Origin: Candidatus Woesearchaeota archaeon
GTDB taxonomy: Archaea > Nanobdellota > Nanobdellia > UBA10117 > JABICX01
NCBI GenBank assembly: GCA_964528765.1
Contig: CAZGVA010000002.1
Span: 1 to 38,205, forward strand
Length of the DNA stretch: 38,205 bases
Reading direction: 5' to 3'
Below the pieces are notes generated by a model. The model saw only the letters and a list, made by a program, of their open reading frames with translations. It ran no database searches and was not told where the DNA came from. A program made the position numbers and the translations under genes. Each line of letters begins with the position of its first letter. The first letter of the stretch is position 1. Shown piece by piece: positions 34,116-38,205 of the stretch.

Positions 34116-34798
34116 AATTTAATCTTCTCTCCAAGTGCGTCAAGAACCGTTTTTGTCATAATTTCTTTGCTCCAAGGATTTAGGAATCCGTCAACTACAA
34201 CAAAATGAATATTTTGTTTTTTTAGTTCTTCAATTGCTGGAACAACTTTTGTGTTAAACTCATTTAATCGCGATTTTATTTTTTCAACAGTATCATCGCT
34301 TCGTTGGAAAACTTCACTATCACAATCATGACAATGAGTGTTGTTTTTTGGTGGATTGTCTAACATATGATAAGATTTATTACATTTCTTGCACGTTCTT
34401 CTGTGAATAACATGGTTGATTATGTTTTCATCTTCGCGATGAACTTCAATAATCATATCAACATGACTTCCATTAGCTTCAAGAATTTTCATTAAATATT
34501 TTGCTTGTTCAGGAGTTCTTGGATAACCATCTAATATGCATCCTTTGTAATCATGTTTGCTAAAATATTCTGCAAAAACTTTGTTTGTAACTTCATCTGG
34601 AACCCACTTCCCATTTTCAACATAAGATTTAACTTCTTGAGCCAGAGGATTATCTTTTGCAAGAATATCTCTAAAAATTTCACCAGTTGAAAGCTGTTTT
34701 AGTCCGAGAGTCTCAGCAATTACATCGATTCGTGGCTGTTTTCCCGCACCAGATTTGCCCATTACAATTATATTTTTAACTTCATGTTTTTGTATCAT
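34112..34798 (-). CDS. adk: Adenylate kinase, long form with a zinc-binding lid
   Basis: P-loop GKSGAGKQP (variant), STGEIFRD, ILDGYPRT, and a lid with CKKCNKSYH...CHDCDSEVFQRSDD. Confidence 0.8.
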   Translation of the reverse strand: MIQKHEVKNIIVMGKSGAGKQPRIDVIAETLGLKQLSTGEIFRDILAKDNPLAQEVKSYVENGKWVPDEVTNKVFAEYFSKHDYKGCILDGYPRTPEQAKYLMKILEANGSHVDMIIEVHREDENIINHVIHRRTCKKCNKSYHMLDNPPKNNTHCHDCDSEVFQRSDDTVEKIKSRLNEFNTKVVPAIEELKKQNIHFVVVDGFLNPWSKEIMTKTVLDALGEKIKL

Positions 34799-34927
34799 AT
34801 CACTGAGAAAAAAGATAATTTAAAAAGATATTGTCTGTTTAATGCGATAAATGTAATAATTTTAAATATTAAAACGTACGACTTATGTATTTAAATATGA
34901 ACGTATTGGTTCTGTTTGTAAATTTTG

Positions 34928-35482
34928 TTATAATATGCTAAGCGCGTAAGGCATTGGTTTGGATAATCTAAATTCAAGTGGAATCGTTTGTTGATTGATT
35001 CCCGGATTAATTTCCACAGTATTTTTAATTAAATCTATATAAATACTGCCTAATGATGGGTAGGATTGACCTAGAAAAGTATTTACTGGTATCGTTTGGA
35101 TTTTTAATTCACTTAATAATTTATTTGTAAATTCTTGTTTATTATAACTTTCAATTATTTGTATTGAGCTGGGCGTTTTTCCCGAATTTGTTTTAGATAA
35201 GTTCCATAGAATTGGCATGATGTGTTTGAAATCTTTTGCTTCAAAAAGATGTGCTAAAACAATATCTTCGGAATTTTCCCAAAAAATTCCCGTGCAAGTG
35301 TAAATTCCAACAGTTTTAATCTGTTCAGACACACAACCGGCTTTAAACAAGTAGGGCTCGCCGATTTTTCTATCATCTCGCGAATAATCGCAATGGTATA
35401 GCTCAAATGAACCGTCTTTTTTGATAATTACTCCTTCGCGTTCATGAAGATTTAGCACCTTCTCTATACTTTTAATAATCAT
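34928..35482 (-). CDS. Hypothetical protein (184 aa)
   Basis: Open frame only. No motif recognised. Confidence 0.4.
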   Translation of the reverse strand: MIIKSIEKVLNLHEREGVIIKKDGSFELYHCDYSRDDRKIGEPYLFKAGCVSEQIKTVGIYTCTGIFWENSEDIVLAHLFEAKDFKHIMPILWNLSKTNSGKTPSSIQIIESYNKQEFTNKLLSELKIQTIPVNTFLGQSYPSLGSIYIDLIKNTVEINPGINQQTIPLEFRLSKPMPYALSIL

Positions 35483-35563
35483 AACTACTCTCCGGTATTT
35501 AATTTAAAAAGGTTACTTCTACGCGAATAAAAACCCTTATATTTGATTTTTTAGTACTATGAA

Positions 35564-36115
35564 ATGTTAATGGAATCAGAATATGATGCACATTTTAACA
35601 AATATGTATCATTGATTGAGAAACTTGCACAAGGAGATATTTCAGTCGAATTTTTTAGATATTTGAGAAAAAATTATGAAAACGATCACAAATAGCTTCA
35701 TAAGCAAAACGAAAGCGTTTCATTCAAAACATCGTCTGAAATGCGAGATTTTTTGTTAAAACAATATTCAACATTATTAGATACACAATATAATTCCGTA
35801 GTAATGAATGAAATTAATAGAATGGCCTCGCATGAACAAACTCATGCAGAGGTTATGGAAGAACATGGATTTAAACCAAAATTTTATTTATTTAATGTAG
35901 GATATCCGCAGGAAGATAATCGTAATGATATGTTTTTGTGGAGCCCGTGTGTTATATAAACTAATTTTAATCGCAAAACGCGTAGATGGAACAAGCAAGA
36001 TATTTTAACATATTATGTTAAATTATGTACTTTTGCAGATGCATCAAATAGTGACAAGGCAGTTGCTAATGTTGCTCAACAAGGAATAAATAAGCTTACT
36101 TTAGCGCTTTCTTAA
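35564..36115 (+). pseudogene. Interrupted reading frame: 184 codons in one frame broken by in-frame TAG (35693-35695) and TAA (35957-35959); contains an HExxH motif
   Basis: Read by eye there are three segments in the same frame. They begin MLMESEYDAHF..., LHKQNESV...MRDFLL...MASHEQTHAEVMEEHG..., and TNFNRKTRRWNKQDIL... Only the middle part (35741-35959) is in the ORF track. Confidence 0.4.
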
Positions 36116-37070
36116 AATTCTTAATAAGTGATATAATTTCTTCTTCGTTTGAAGTATGATTAATTTTCTCACGCAATTTGGTACCACCAAAAATACCTTT
36201 TGTAAACAAATGTGCATGGGCGACCATATGTCCAACTGTAATGTTGTATTTTTTACAGAGCTTGGCGTACTCTAAAAAATGATTAATTTTTTGTAAATCA
36301 GTTGGCTCGGGCATTTCTTCACCCGTTTTAAGATAATGAATAACTCGCTTGAAAATAAATGGATCTTTAGCAGCCGCTCTCCCAATCATAATTGCATCGC
36401 AACCAGTTTCATCAAACATTTTCTTAGCCGAAGGACCATCAATAATATCACCATTTCCAATTACTGGAATTGAAACAGTTTCTTTAACCTCTTTTATTGC
36501 TTTATAGTCCACCTTACCAGAATAGCTTTGCGCAGTTGTTCGTCCATGAACAACAATTGCATCTGCACCTGCTTCTTCAGCAATCTTTGCAATTTGTTTA
36601 TGGTTCTTTTTCTTGTTATTTAATCCTATACGCATTTTTACTGTAACTGGTTTTTTTGTGTTTGCTTTTAAAATTTTAATGATTTTGCGAACTTTTTCAG
36701 GTCGGCCTAAAAGTGCAGAACCTGCACCATCTCTTAAAATATGTGTTGCAGGACAACCAATATTAAAATCAATAATGTCTGCCTGTTCACCAATTTTCTT
36801 AACGGCTTTTTCAATTTGTTCAATTTGTTGACCAAAAAGTTGTAATGCAACTGGACGTTCAGCATTTTCAACCTTTGTCATTTCCATTGTAATTCGATTA
36901 TTATGATTAATTGCATTAACTGAAACCATCTCTGTCCAAACTAAACCAACACCCTGCTTTTTTGAAAGAACTCTAAATGCTATATCAGTAAGACCGGCCA
37001 TCGGAGCTAGACATAGATTATTCTTTATTTTTACCGAACCAATCTTACAAGTCTTCATAATAAATATCAA
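36096..37070 (-). CDS. tRNA-dihydrouridine synthase (Dus family, TIM-barrel flavoprotein)
   Basis: LAPMAGLTDIAFR, IDFNIGCP, VTVKMRIG, and AIVVHGRT...GNGDI are typical Dus motifs. Confidence 0.85.
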   Translation of the reverse strand: MIFIMKTCKIGSVKIKNNLCLAPMAGLTDIAFRVLSKKQGVGLVWTEMVSVNAINHNNRITMEMTKVENAERPVALQLFGQQIEQIEKAVKKIGEQADIIDFNIGCPATHILRDGAGSALLGRPEKVRKIIKILKANTKKPVTVKMRIGLNNKKKNHKQIAKIAEEAGADAIVVHGRTTAQSYSGKVDYKAIKEVKETVSIPVIGNGDIIDGPSAKKMFDETGCDAIMIGRAAAKDPFIFKRVIHYLKTGEEMPEPTDLQKINHFLEYAKLCKKYNITVGHMVAHAHLFTKGIFGGTKLREKINHTSNEEEIISLIKNFKKALK

Positions 37071-37174
37071 ATTAATAATTTAAATAAGTGCTGGGGAAAG
37101 TTATTGATATAAATTTAATTTGGCTATCAACCACAATGGTGAAATCCTTAAAAATGTAACTTTAACGAAGTTAT

Positions 37175-37819
37175 ATGGATATGTATGCTGAGTGGGATAC
37201 TACCGAAGAATTGAATATGTATACTATACGGAATACTGTCGGTGAATTTTTTGAAAAAAAAATAGCAAAAGTCTTTGGTTTGTATACTACTAATGCTGCA
37301 AAGGCCGGTAAGCGAGTGTTAGATCTTTCAACAAAAGATAACTGCTGCGCCTTTGAATGCAAGGCAGGTTTTAAATCAAGTGGGGGAATTATTCTTGAAA
37401 AACAAATAAATCCAGTACAGCGACCATTACCTTGGATTAATATGTTCTATGTTTTTGGATACCATACTTTGAGACGTATACAAAAAAACTATGGAACTGA
37501 AGAAGAGCTCTTAACTGCATTAGATTCAAATATTACTTCTTATCATATTATTCCTGAGATGATTGTTAGTGCATATTTCAAAAGCAAAGTACCTCGTAAT
37601 ATAACTGCTAGAAACGGTTCTGTTCGGGATAGATATGTTCCAATGCCAGAATCTAACGCTAGAAAAATCTTTTACGAAGATCAAAGAATTTGGGCACAAA
37701 TGAAGCTTTCGCCAGATAAATTTCATACGATTAGCCCACATGAAAAAGTTTTTGTTACAGCTCAAAGTCCCGAGATGCTTGAGACGCTCTTAAAACACTT
37801 TGATTCTAAAAATGTTTAA
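37175..37819 (+). CDS. PD-(D/E)xK nuclease-fold protein, putative (Hjc / restriction-endonuclease-like core)
   Basis: GEFFEKKIAKVFG...GKRVLDLSTKDNCCAFECKAG has the E...D...ExK order and spacing seen in Hjc-type and restriction-type nucleases. The 214-aa length is greater than Hjc. Confidence 0.35.
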   Translation: MDMYAEWDTTEELNMYTIRNTVGEFFEKKIAKVFGLYTTNAAKAGKRVLDLSTKDNCCAFECKAGFKSSGGIILEKQINPVQRPLPWINMFYVFGYHTLRRIQKNYGTEEELLTALDSNITSYHIIPEMIVSAYFKSKVPRNITARNGSVRDRYVPMPESNARKIFYEDQRIWAQMKLSPDKFHTISPHEKVFVTAQSPEMLETLLKHFDSKNV

Positions 37820-37877
37820 GAATATCGAAAATTGAGTAGATTTTTAATCCCGAATTGTTAGTTGCAGATAAGTAATG

Positions 37878-38183
37878 TTACTGATACATCACACTATATG
37901 TTTCAATATTTTGAAGATATTGTAAAATTTCTTGCAGAGTAAGGTTTTTTGAAATGCGTGATACTCTTGTCAACTTTTTTGTTTGTTTAGCTATGAGAGT
38001 GCCTTGTATAATTGCTTCCGTACAGGATGCTAAATTCCGCGGCAGGTAATAATTTACTCTTGGGCTGGAAGTATCTCTGCTTCCATCATCCATCTCGATT
38101 GTATCTAATCCATTTTCTAGTTTTTCGGTTTCAATGATAAAACTGTATCCATTATTTGATTTTTTGTTGGTAATTAGGTGCAC
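37878..38183 (-). CDS. Hypothetical protein (101 aa)
   Basis: Open frame only, near the window edge. Confidence 0.3.
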   Translation of the reverse strand: MHLITNKKSNNGYSFIIETEKLENGLDTIEMDDGSRDTSSPRVNYYLPRNLASCTEAIIQGTLIAKQTKKLTRVSRISKNLTLQEILQYLQNIETYSVMYQ

Positions 38184-38205
38184 ATTTATTGTTCCTGAGC
38201 TAAAA

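Noticed and set aside
35693-35959. In-frame TAG and TAA interpreted as genome-wide stop-codon reassignment
   Set aside because: Within this window TAG (for example the RsuA-like gene at 17728-17730) and TAA (for example proS at 4658-4660) terminate well-supported genes at the expected lengths. A local pseudogene is the simpler explanation.
1-38205. Search for CRISPR arrays, tandem repeats, rRNA genes, inteins and transposases
   Set aside because: Reading through the window showed no regularly spaced direct repeats and no GC-rich structured islands other than the three tRNA genes. It also showed no oversized host proteins suggesting inteins and no transposase- or integrase-like ORFs.

Overview
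This is a visibly AT-rich, very gene-dense archaeal chromosome segment; many neighbouring genes overlap by 1-8 nt or abut with no gap. The archaeal core is clear: Mre11/Rad50, archaeal-type ProRS, proteasome beta subunit, aCPSF1, ribosomal proteins S3Ae and S15, Bud32, XPD, Dus, and three tRNAs, one apparently carrying two introns. It is interspersed with bacterial-type enzymes (RsuA-like pseudouridine synthase, CoaD/CoaE, zinc-lid Adk) and many ORFans. That mix fits a small-genome DPANN-like archaeon, but the lineage is an inference. No CRISPR array, rRNA, transposase or integrase was seen. The best candidate for an undescribed system is the translationally coupled cassette at 13111-15219. 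It encodes an unannotated 51-aa AbrB/SpoVT-like protein, an MPN/JAMM-like protein, a papain/transglutaminase-fold Cys-peptidase-like protein and an expanded archaemetzincin. A 288-aa ORFan sits just upstream. Other loci worth follow-up are: (1) a coupled pair of large ORFans at 22638-25516; (2) a radical-SAM gene coupled to a CoaD-CoaE-HD triple fusion; (3) a cluster of a family-3 glycosyltransferase-like, a CitG-like, a RibD_C-like and a nucleotidyltransferase gene; (4) a 184-codon frame broken by two in-frame stops; (5) a PD-(D/E)xK-like nuclease candidate. All functional calls come from reading motifs by eye, and no database search was run.
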